In this document: one piece after another, positions 1 through 10,710 of the stretch
Layout of the letters: the number at the start of each line of letters is the position of its first letter
Position numbering within the stretch: position 1 is the stretch's first letter
DNA from: Laetmonice hystrix
Taxonomy: Eukaryota
Reading direction: 5' to 3'
DNA length: 64,000 nucleotides
NCBI GenBank assembly: GCA_965235115.1
Contig: OZ249446.1
Coordinates: 12,090,001 to 12,154,000 of the forward strand
Position numbers and translations under genes: made by a program
The notes under the pieces: generated by a model
Databases searched by the model: none
Seen by the model: only the letters and a program-made list of their open reading frames with translations
What the model was told of the DNA's origin: nothing

Positions 1-604
1 TGATGGGGAGCTATTTTCACTCTCTGTCACAGTCCCCCCCCCCCCCCCCCCCCCCCCCACCCCAAACTACAAGGTCATTTTCACCCAGCAGTCAGTCACT
101 CCGGATCACAAAAAATAACAAGCGAGCGCAGGCACGATCGCGCTCGCTTTTAAAAAAGGAAAGCCTGTTGAATGCATTGGTGCAGAAAGGTCTGTGAAGG
201 TGAATGATATAAAACCAATGATAATATGGTCAGGTATCACTGTCAGGTCACATTAGTCATTAGGTGTCTTGATAAGATTTCAAGGGAAGTGACACCATAT
301 CAATGCACCTACTCCAAAAAAGTTCTCTGTCTTAAAACTGGAGAGAGGTCAGACCAGGCAGGTTGAGCAGAATCAGTACAGGTTTAGCATTCAGATTTGA
401 TAATTTTTTATCTGGTCAGCCTGGTCTGTACATACCAGCACTTGCAAGTGGTTCATGTTAGTCAGGTACATCTATAGATCATCTATGACTTGTACATTTT
501 AAAATTCACGTATTGTGTATGCCCTGTCTTTGTCCGAGTAGCTGATGCCATATTTGTTCTGTTTTCTCCCACAGTTCAAGCCAACCTCGCATTCTAGTGT
601 CATA

Positions 605-706
605 ATGTCCAGTACCAGGAACACAACATTCTGCGCCATGATCTTCCGTGGATTTTGTCTGTTCAGTATTGGAGTCTTCTTTGCTCTAGTTCTCAACTTG
701 CTGCAG
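605..706 (+). CDS. INSIG: INSIG coding exon 1 (exon begins at 575)
   Basis: Acceptor ttctcccacag ends 574, ATG at 605, donor CAG|gttagt at 707. Confidence 0.88.
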
Positions 707-3181
707 GTTAGTGCATTTCAGCATTGTATTACTTGATGAATAATTGTAGAGCTCTTCAAGTAGGTACACAGTTTTCTCAGAACAATAGAATATTGTCTGA
801 GCAGTGGTGAAATGGTTTATTACACTGTGTTTTTATTTTCTCCACAAATTCTCCAAATTGTGTACCGTAGTTTCCTTTTTTCTTGAAAAGGAACCATGAA
901 CACAAATTCAACGACATCTTTGAATGTTATTGGAAACTAGATCTTTATTTTAACAAAAATTGTGTTTCATATGTTGGTTTTAAAATGACGATGGTTCAAA
1001 CTTGTGTTTTACAGGTCCAGCGTAATGTGACGTTATTTAGTCCCGATGTTTTGGATACACTGTTTTCATCAGCGTGGTGGGTTCCACCAACTTGTGGCAC
1101 TGCTGCAGGTATGTACTCCGTACTACTTTGTATTTAACCTTGAGAAACAGAAGCAGGACTGTGATAATGCTGATAGAGTTTACATCTACCGTACCCATTT
1201 TGTTATCATGTCTAGGATGAAGCCCTATTTGAAGAGTGTTGTGACTGAGTAGAGATAAGAGAGTGACCTGATACTGATAGTGGTATGATAATCCATGTCA
1301 CACCTTGTGTTGTTGTGACCTCTCCTGGTGGCCTGTTTAGTGGTAATCCATGTCACACCAGGTTGTGTTGTTGTCACCTCTCCTGGTGGCCTGTTTAGTG
1401 GTAATCCATGTCACACCTTGTGTTGTTGTCACCTCTCCTGGTGGCCTGTTTAGTGGTAATCCATGTCACACCTTGTGTTGTTGTCACCTCTCCTGGTGGC
1501 CTGTTTAGTGGTAATCCATGTCACACCTTGTGTTGTTGTCACCTCTCCTGGTGGCCTGTTTAGTGGTAATCCATGTCACACCTTGTGTTGTTGTTACCTC
1601 TCCTGGTGGCCTGTTTAGTGGTAATCCATGTCACACCTTGTGTTGTTGTCACCTCTCCTGGTGGCCTGTTTAGTGGTAATCCATGTCACACCTTGTGTTG
1701 TTGTTACCTCTACTGGTGGCCTGTTTAGTGGTAATCCATGTCACACCTTGTGTTGTTGTCACCTCTCCTGGTGGCCTGTTTAGTGGTAAGGGAGTATTTT
1801 ATTGATTGCACAATGCACTCTCAATGTTGAAGTCAATGTTTTGGAACTGATACCAGTTTTATTTTTAGGAAATTATTATTTGATAAACTTAACAGTGCAT
1901 TAAATTTATATATTGCAGCTATCATAGGTCTGTTATATCCATTCTTTGATGACAAACTTGGGGAGCCCCACAAGTACCGCCGAGAATGGTCTAGTGTCAT
2001 GCGTTGCGTCGCTGTCTTTGTAGGCATCAACCATGCTAGTGCTGTATCCTTTGTTGTGTTAAAGGCAGTTTCACAGATTACATTTAACATTTGATGAGGA
2101 CTTTGCAAGGAGCTAAAAACCACAGGGGTCAAAATTAAGGATTTTTTCACGGAAGCAAACGTGCAAATAGCACTTCCAAAAATAGGTTTTACAATGTAAT
2201 TCATGATTTTAGCAAAGCAAATTGCTCCATTGCTTCCGATAATTTCAATCCCTGAACACTCTATGCCTTTTTACAGCTGTGAGAAAAATATTTTTGTGTC
2301 AAAAAAAAATCGTAATATTTTAATTTGTATTAATTTTTGCATCATTCTGATCTCAATGCATTAGCACTTCATTGATATAAGATAATAAGTTTTATTGTAA
2401 AACTAATAGTATTCAAAGAACTGGCAAAGTTTACCTTGACATTTTGCCAGAAAATTGACTTTGCTAACAACATGCAGCTGTCATTGACGTTAGCTGCCTT
2501 GTCAATAGGATTGTGGTGGCTATTTGACCGTTCAAGATCTGGGTTTGGGCTTGGTGTTGGCATTGCAGTCTTTGCCACATTTGTAACACAACTTCTGGTC
2601 TACCATGGAGTCTATAGGTGAGACATTTTGAATCAAATTTTTTTTTTTTAGTTATATTTGATATTTTTTAATTTTTCTTTTACAATTCTTTGATAATAAC
2701 TATTATTGTAAGCGAAAGTAATGATTAAAGGGCAGATTTCTCCAAATTTCGTGATAAATGATGACATTATGAGAACAAAAAATATTGTTACATTCTGACC
2801 CAGTGATAACCTTTTTTATATATAATTTGTGTTTTTAATCAATAGGTACACAGAGCCAGACTTCCTCTACGTACGCTCCTGGCTTCCCTGTATTTTCTTC
2901 TCAGGAGGCGTTACAATGGGAAACATTGGGAGACAACTTGCCATGGTAAGACTAAGATAAAAGTATGTGGTGTTAAAATGGGAATTATATTATCTATGGA
3001 GCTCATGAGCACCCATCACAGATTACTTGACATGTTGTAAATTTAAAGATAATTTGTTACTGATCAGGTCAGCTTTACAATATGGGTGTTTTAGAGAATT
3101 GAAGAGATTTTAATATTGTTTTCATGTTATTTGCAGTATGACAACCAAACCATTGAAAGCAGCAAGGAACACGAAGACTAA
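605..3181 (+). CDS. INSIG: Insulin-induced gene protein (INSIG1/2 orthologue), 6 coding exons, ~210 aa: join(605..706,1015..1108,1919..2043,2451..2617,2846..2945,3137..3181)
   Basis: Manual splicing gives one continuous frame with GT-AG junctions and matching phases (0,1,0,2,0): [210 protein letters not shown]. Near-identical to vertebrate INSIG motifs; keeps the juxtamembrane Asp of WWxFDRSRSG and a C-terminal KxHxx ER-retrieval signal. An acceptor at 573-574 means an upstream exon exists, so the true start could lie further 5'. Confidence 0.96.
1015..1108 (+). CDS. INSIG: INSIG coding exon 2
   Basis: ttttacag|GTCCAG...GCAG|gtatgt; encodes VQRNVTLF...[13 protein letters not shown]. Confidence 0.95.
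1289..1789. repeat. 55-bp minisatellite, ~9 copies, inside the INSIG intron 1109-1918
   Basis: Unit gtaatccatgtcacaccttgtgttgttgtcacctctcctggtggcctgtttagtg recurs at 1401, 1456, 1511 and onward. Confidence 0.95.
1919..2043 (+). CDS. INSIG: INSIG coding exon 3
   Basis: tattgcag|CT...GCT|gtatcctt; encodes IIGLLYP...[21 protein letters not shown]. Confidence 0.95.
2044..2450 (+). other. U12-type (minor spliceosome) GT-AG intron in INSIG
   Basis: 5' splice site GTATCCTTT and branch point TTACCTTGAC at 2431-2440, about 10 nt before the terminal AG, with no long polypyrimidine tract. Confidence 0.9.
2451..2617 (+). CDS. INSIG: INSIG coding exon 4
   Basis: ttgccag|AAAATT...TATAG|gtgaga; encodes KIDFANN...[10 protein letters not shown]...VYHGVY. 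Confidence 0.95.
2846..2945 (+). CDS. INSIG: INSIG coding exon 5
   Basis: aatcaatag|GTAC...ATG|gtaaga; encodes [33 protein letters not shown]. Confidence 0.95.
3137..3181 (+). CDS. INSIG: INSIG terminal coding exon
   Basis: ttatttgcag|TATGAC...GACTAA; encodes [14 protein letters not shown]. Confidence 0.9.
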   Translation, partial: YDNQTIESSKEHED

Positions 3182-3912
3182 GTTGGGGTGATGATCTCCT
3201 GTATACATGTATTGACATTACTCTGAATACAGCCAGACATTTATCAGCAAAGCCTGAGTCAGGTCCTGGCTACTGCTGAGGACTTCCCGGACAGTGCACT
3301 CTCTGACACAGAGGGTTGCACTCTGGGGGAAACCTGTACATTTATAAAGACCACTCCAGTCCGATAGTAAGTCTGGGAATTTAAATATTAAATTTAAGGG
3401 ATTTAACTTGAGCAGCTTGGAGAACTTCTCTTATTATAAATGTCAACTGTTGCTGCAGGGGAGTTTATTTTATGCAGGCAAGAACTTCTTTGTCGGTACA
3501 TGCATCTTGTTGCATGGGTTTGCGCAGATAAGGTTTGTATTATATCAGAATGGCCAATGACATCACATTTGTTTGACACAAAACTGACATGGAAGCTTTT
3601 GTTTGACACAAAAGCACAATGTTGTGTGACCCTTGCGCTGGTCGTCATTTGAGAGAACTGAGCTAGGACTAGTGTACATAGCAATGCTCTGATACAGAGA
3701 ATTTAAAATTTGTAAGTTTTGATATTTTAAATCTTTTTGTTCTGCAGTCAAAAGCAGGGTTCTACCTCAGATTTTGACAGATATTTGCACCAGTTTCAAA
3801 TTGAAAATACTCACATTTGACTCAAAGATGTCAAATATTTTGGGTATTTTGAATGTTAGAAGTGGCAGTAGTTAGGAAATTATTGGTTTCTCCTGTGAAC
3901 CATCCAGAACAG

Positions 3913-4057
3913 GGGTCCGTCTTACTAAGGTCTGGCTATTAACGATATTACATAGGATCCAATGAAAGTCGGACTGGTTATTAACTAGCGGCCTTCCATT
4001 CACTTCTATACTAACTTAACGATATCGTTAATAACCAGACCTTAGTAAGACGGGCCC
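3913..4057. mobile_element. PIF/Harbinger-type MITE (145 bp)
   Basis: ~36-bp TIRs GGGTCCGTCTTACTAAGGTCTGGCTATTAACGATAT / ATATCGTTAATAACCAGACCTTAGTAAGACGGGCCC (2 mismatches), flanked by 3-bp CAG (CWG) duplications. Confidence 0.8.
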
Positions 4058-6292
4058 CAGTTTTGTTCACAAGGTAGTGGTCATTCCAGAGTAGAAAGAA
4101 GTGTTCCTATGAGAACTTTGTAACAGAAGTGGCGGATTGCCACCCAAGTAAAGGCCAACAGTTCTCAGGCTACCGCATCTTCACCTTCCAAGAATATCGT
4201 ATCGCGAGAATGCTGGTACTACAGGGATGAGAATCTTCCGTGAATTTCCATGTTTTTTCCCCGTCATCAAGCGTTATGATATGATATAAAGCATATAATA
4301 TGTCGTGACCGCGTTTTCTGTTGTTAGCCGTTCTCATCCCTGGATTTATGTACAGCATAGAAATATCACCGTACTGGGGAGAAAGATTTGCCAAACTGGA
4401 CCTTAAACAGTCAAGAGTACCAGACAGGTCTATATTGATATATCTATGTGCCTGATCTGACGCGGCTACCGTTTTGGTTTCTCAAGAATAGACATGGACT
4501 ATTAGTCGTGGAGAGACCATAAGCCGGAAGAGGACGTAACTTCATATAACCAGTAATAGGTCGTTTGGTCTGTATAGTTTAAGGTAAAATTTCACACATT
4601 TTATACAGGTCTGTAGTATGGACTTTTTCTCTTTATGACCTTGGCTTATTTCAGTATTGGCAAAATAGTTAAGATGCCTTCAGGATTGAATTTTATTGAG
4701 ATTGATTTAATTCAAAGTGATTAGTGTATTCTCTTTGCTCTCGGATGAAAGGCATAGAAAAAGGATGGATCTAATATCTATTCTCGAAGAGCTGTTAACT
4801 TGGTCATCCTGTTTATGGTACCGTTCATATTGTGTTTAAAATTATTACATTTAGCAATCAGTTTGTGCAGGACATGATGTCTGAAAGAAGTAGGCAGATT
4901 ATTTGAAACATCTTTAGTTTAATGAGCTGACCCTCTGTGATATTTGGGTTTTGCTGTCAAATCTCAAGACCTTGAAAAATGATCTTCAAATAGGGGAATG
5001 GTGACTTAAGTGGAGTATGTTATGTTGCAACGCATTGTTTCCTAATGAGACTAACCCAATATATTGTAATCAAGCATTAATTATTAATTATGGTGGCTCA
5101 TTATCCCGGTGATACTCAGATCTTACGATGGTAAAGATTTGGGTAAAAATTGAAAAAAAAAACAAATATGGGAGTCTAAGAAGGGTTAATTGACTTTGAA
5201 CAAAAACTAGTTCCAGATTTTATGGACTAGTAATTGTTTTACCAAACTTTGATTTGATTTGAGTTGCATATCATTAGCTGGACATGGTATATTTCAGTTT
5301 CTTTTGTTCGGTATTAAAAAGGTTTTGGATGTAAATTGGTGCAGGTACGTAATTAAGCAAAGATGTGTCCCATTTCTGTATGCGACAAGCCACCATTGAA
5401 TGACTTCACCAATTAGAAACACATTATATCGGTAAATCCTCAGGTATGGAGGATCAACTCGGTTAAACCAGCGACCATGACATTCAGATTACGTAACACC
5501 TGCCTTTGTAGGGCGTGGAACTTTTGTGGCGAGCAACTGATGGAAACTTTGTTTGCTCTGTGTTTTAAAAATTCCGTTTGACTAGTTTAGTGAACGGGTT
5601 GCTGGTTCAGAGGGAAGCTGAGGAGAATCATTACATTATGTTTGGTCCCATCAAAGTTTGTGCAGTGGTAGTTTATGATTCTCAGGATTAGTGTATAAAA
5701 ATTGTTTTAATGTCATTGAGCGACTGAGGCACAACGGGTAAAGTTAGTGGGGACGTGTGGGGGCGGGGGGGGGGGGGGGGAGTCAGACGAGAGGGTTCAT
5801 GCTGTCGTTAATTACAATGCTAATTTAACATGGTAGGATTAGTAAAAATATCTTATGTGTTACTAACTGAATTTTCTAACAGTTCAGATTGTATAACATA
5901 ATATTTCGCCTTCTGCCAAAAAAAACCCACGAAAAAACAATTACAACATCTTAAAATATCAGCAGTGGATGGATGAAGCAAGCGTTGACATAACAGCATG
6001 ACTGATAATAGCGTGGGAAAAAACTGTAGCTATCAAAAAATAAAATACACTGGTGCTTTCATGCTGGAGGACCAAGTAAGTAGATGGCAATAAGTGGAGA
6101 GTTAAATGATGTGAGCAAGTCCTTGACCCGTCGTTGTCAAGTGAAAAAAGTATCCAGTGCCCAGGTGACAGTGTCTTACTCGATATGAAGGTTATGGCGA
6201 GGGAAGGAGACACTCCAAAATAACGGGTCATACAGCTCACAGCACTTCATGTCAGTTTGTGTATCATCCAACCATGTTTGGGCAGACCAGTG

Positions 6293-7190
6293 GTAGCTCA
6301 TAATGTGACAACACTTCATACCAGTCTGAATATAATACATGTACATGTATACCGGTAATCCAACCATGAATGATTGGGCTGACCATCTAGCTCATAATGT
6401 GACAACACTTCATACCAGTCTGAATATAATACATGTATACCGGTAATCCAACCATGGATGATTGGGCTGACCATTGTAGCTCATAATGTGACAACACTTC
6501 ATACCAGTATGAATATAATATACCAGTAATCCAACCATGAATGATCGGGCTGACCATTGTATAGCTCATAATGTGACAACACTTCATACCAGTCTGAATA
6601 TAATACATGTATACCGGTAATCCAACCATGGATGATTGGGCTGACCATTGTAGCTCATAATGTGACAACACTTCATACCAGTGTGAATATAATACATGTA
6701 TACCGGTAATCCAACCATGGATGATTGGGCTGACCATTGTAGCTCATAATGTGACAACACTTCATACCAGTCTGAATATAATACATGTATACCGGTAATC
6801 CAACCATGGATGATTGGGCTGACCATTGTAGCTCATAATGTGACAACACTTCATACCAGTCTGAATATAATACATGTATACCGGTAATCCAACCATGAAT
6901 GATCGGGCTGACCATTGTATAGCTCATAATGTGACAACACTTCATACCAGTCTGAATATAATACATGTATACCGGTAATCCAACTATGAATGATTGGGCT
7001 GACCATGTAGCTCATAATGTGGCAACACTTCATACCAGTCTGAATATAATACATGTATACCGGTAATCCAACCATGGATGATTGGGCTGACCATCTAGCT
7101 CATAATGTGACAACACTTCATACCAGTATGAATATAATATACCAGTAATCCAACCATGAACTATTGGGCTGACCATTGTAGCTCATGATG
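6293..7190. repeat. ~89-bp minisatellite, ~10 copies plus a degenerate tail to ~7320
   Basis: Unit gctcataatgtgacaacacttcataccagtctgaatataatacatgtataccggtaatccaaccatggatgattgggctgaccattgta; period 89 (6653 to 6742). Confidence 0.95.
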
Positions 7191-8580
7191 ACAATATTTC
7201 ATACCAGCACGAGTATATTCCAACCATGATTGGGTTGACCAGTGTAGTTTATAATGTGACATTTCATACCAGCACGAGTATAATCCAACCATGATTAGGC
7301 TCGCCAGTGTAGGTCATAATGTTCGAACACGAGTTGTCATTTTGCGCTCGTAGGTTGTGGGAAGAGGTAAAACATATATTCAAACTCAAATACCCGACCT
7401 GTTGGTCAGAGGTGGTACAGTATTATGTCGCTTACCAGAGTTCACAATGTTATCTTGTGATTTACTGAGTGTACCGAGAAAGTGAATCGCATGTATTAGG
7501 GAAAGGTGAAACATCGTAAACAAAATGGGAACTACAGTCACCCATGGACTGTGATATTTTATTTACTACTCCCGAGCGGACTTTATAAAGTCGGGAATCA
7601 ATCATGTGTGTAGTGTCAACCTGTTCATAAGGACGGTGTGGGAGTTTGGCCTTCCAGACCTATATAATTGAATGATTAAGTGAGGTTGGTTTGAGATATA
7701 AGGGGGTGAAGCAAGCATCAAACTCGTATTAATGTATATACATGTAATACTGATGGTCGTTTGTTGGAGGGATGGGAAGGGTGGATTTCAAAGGGATGGG
7801 GCAGCCTTGCCCCTTCCTTCTTTAATTGTCAGTCTTGTTTTTTCATATCATTTTTGTACATCTTGAAAACCTGGCTCTGTAATTTATTTTCTTGACTTAT
7901 GTTCAGTAGATCGCATCTCTTAAGGCACAACGGCGTGAGGCCATTATGTCTAGGAGTTGAGGTTCTTTGTGCTGTAGTAAAAATTCTGAAATGGTATCCA
8001 TTTAAAGGGGGTCAGAAAGGTAAAGCATATACTCATCATCACACAGACACATTAACATGATAGTTGTATATATTTATTGCAAGGGCAGACATGTACATTT
8101 GTATCATACTGTAATAAATATCAAGGGAGAAAAACGATCTATTTGCCTGGTTATTCTGCATTTCTCAAATATTTCAGCCTTCCCAGTAAAACCTTTATAA
8201 ACCTTTATTTTTGTGGATTTCCATTATTTCCTTTATTTTGGTCCAAATAACGTTTATAACCTTTTTTTTAGGGATTTTGAACCATTATATATTTTTCTTC
8301 TACCAACTGCCGCAAAAATCTTTTCTTTGAGCGATTCAGAGGATGAATGTTAAATTCGAATTCCGTACCATACTGGTCAGTGACCTGAAGCTGTAACTGC
8401 AGGCTGCAGCTGAATGATGTATGGTCTCGTTGGCAGCATGATGGGTGTGAATTGTGGGTAGACAGAACGAAATGCAGGTATATAATACTCAAATGATATA
8501 TACCCCACCTCACTCTAGTGATTAGGAAATTATATACCCCACCTGCCTGTAGTGATTAGGCCCCTATATACCCCACCTGG

Positions 8581-9799
8581 CTGTATTTTTCTTTTTTGAA
8601 ATGCACGGGCATCAGGGGTAACCCAATTACTTTGACAATGTCCCTAAAGGGAAAAGTTGTATAGTCCTCTACGGTAATTAGGTCCCTATATATACGCCAC
8701 ATGTCTAGTGATTAGGCCCCTATATACCCCACCTGCCTGTATTTTTCTTTTGAAATGCACGGGCATCAGGGGTAACCCAATTACTTTGACAATGTCCCTA
8801 AAGAGAAAAGTTGTATAGTCCTCTACAGGAATCGAACCCCGTCCCCAATATTACTGCACCCACTCGCATAGCATAAGGTGTCGACACCCATGCCCACTCG
8901 GCCACCGCGACTCCCCTTAAAAAGGAGCTTTGGTGGTCGAGCAGGACAATGGACCCTCCCCCCTACACACATCTTCCGAAATGAGACGGAATCCATATCT
9001 TCCTAGATAGAGCTACACATGATTTCTACCGAAGTGATTAGGTCCCTATATATATACGCCACCTGGCTAGTGATTAGGCCCATATATACCCCACCTGACT
9101 GTATTTTTCTTTTGAAATGCACGGGCATCAGGCGTAACCCAATTACTTTTGACAATGTCCCTAAAGAGAAAAGTTATATATAGTCCTCTACAGGAATCGA
9201 ACTCCGGCCCCAAGATTACTGCACCCATTCGCATAGCATAAGGTATCGACGCCCATGCCCACTCGGCCACCGCCACTTCCCTAAAAAGGAAGCTTTGGTG
9301 GTCGAGCAGGACAATGGACCCTCCCCCCTACACGCATCTTCCGACATGAGACGGAATCCATATTTTCCTAGATAGAGCTACCCATGATTTCTACCGAACA
9401 TTGACTGTTAAGGTCATCCTGGTACTGGCGTAGACTGTATTTTTCTTTTGAAATGCACGGGCATCAGGCGTAACCCAATTACTTTGACAATGTCCCTAAA
9501 GAGAAAAGTTGTATAGTCCTCTACGGGAATCGAACCCCGGCCCCAAGATTACTGCACCCATTCGCATAGCATAAGGTATCGACGCCCATGCCCACTTGGC
9601 CACCGCCACTTCCCTAAAAAGGAAGCTTTGGTGGTCGAGCAGGACAATGAACCCCCCCCCCCCCTACACACATCTTCAGAGATGAGACGGAATCCATATT
9701 TTCCTAGATAGAGCTACACATGATTTCTACCGAACATTGACTGTTAAGGTCATCCTGGCACTGGCGTAGACTGTATTTTTCTTTTGAAATGCACGGGCA
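8581..9799 (-). mobile_element. Tandem array of tRNA-derived SINE-like units (3 full ~300-bp copies and 2 partial copies)
   Basis: Full copies ~8737-9033, 9099-9398, 9435-9734; partials 8581-8673 and 9771-9799. Each full copy has a minus-strand A box TGGCC(G/A)AGTGG and B box G(G/A)GTTCGATTCC, but no canonical anticodon or acceptor stems. Confidence 0.65.
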
Positions 9800-10563
9800 C
9801 TCGGCCCGCAAGGGTAGGTAGGCCGAGAGGAGTCTATATAAGATGTGTGATAGGGCCCTACACTTTACGCAAATTTACAGTTAAATGTACAGAGAATCAC
9901 GGTATAATTCAGGTGAACGGTCGAACAATCAACCAACGTGTAGAATATAGGCCTAGGCCTAGGCCTAGGCCTATACCATTTCCCTTCGACTGTCGTAGTA
10001 GACAGCGCAAGATTTTGCACTACTGAGTTTATGGTTTTGCTAACGTTGAACGCAACACGACAGTGCAAAACCTTGCGCTCTCTACTTGCTTCTCGTCAGG
10101 TTTTGTGAAGCTACCGCTGGTCTATTGAAATCTTGCCTCTGCCAGAATGCGTTGCAAACCACACCAGAGGGCGTTGCCCGCACTGGAGGGCGCCTCCCTC
10201 ATCTAGAGGGCAAATCGACTATCCAGCGTAGAATAGGAGAACTTTTTTCAACTTTTGTACCGTCTGGAGATCGATCCGATGAATGATCCGATATGGGTCT
10301 AGTAATTGGTTTTCCTGTAACTGATGTCATTGTGTCTTGTCCCTCATACATAGCCATACTTATGACTACGGATATCAATGACGGGCCATGGCAAGGCTAT
10401 TTTAATCATTAATTTTGTCATAGAATACTGTACTTGCAATGAATAGATCTATGCCAGACCTTGTTATAGGCCTACCTGCTGGCAGACAGTGTAAACCAGC
10501 GGCATTAGGCCTATATAAGGGTATGCGTGTAATAGGCCTATAAACCTGTAAACGGCCACGTGG

Positions 10564-10710
10564 NNNNNNNNNNNNNNNNNNNNNNNNNNNNNNNNNNNNN
10601 NNNNNNNNNNNNNNNNNNNNNNNNNNNNNNNNNNNNNNNNNNNNNNNNNNNNNNNNNNNNNNNNNNNNNNNNNNNNNNNNNNNNNNNNNNNNNNNNNNNN
10701 NNNNNNNNNN
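10564..10710. other. Assembly gap (N run)
   Basis: 147 N. Confidence 1.

Noticed and set aside
3-197. Pro-rich ORF as an INSIG N-terminal exon
   Set aside because: It is driven by a poly-C run and ends in a stop; the frame leading to the candidate donor at 200 also contains a stop. At most a 5' UTR.
6387-7075. Overlapping 74-116 aa ORFs
   Set aside because: Translations of an 89-bp minisatellite whose period is not a multiple of 3
8268-8390. Possible minus-strand terminal exon VTDQYGTEFEFNIHPLNRSKKRFLRQLVEEKYIMVQNP*
   Set aside because: Protein-like, but no recognisable family and no partner exons found
8828-8910. Functional tRNA gene
   Set aside because: A and B boxes are present, but the acceptor, anticodon and T stems do not pair canonically; called SINE-like instead
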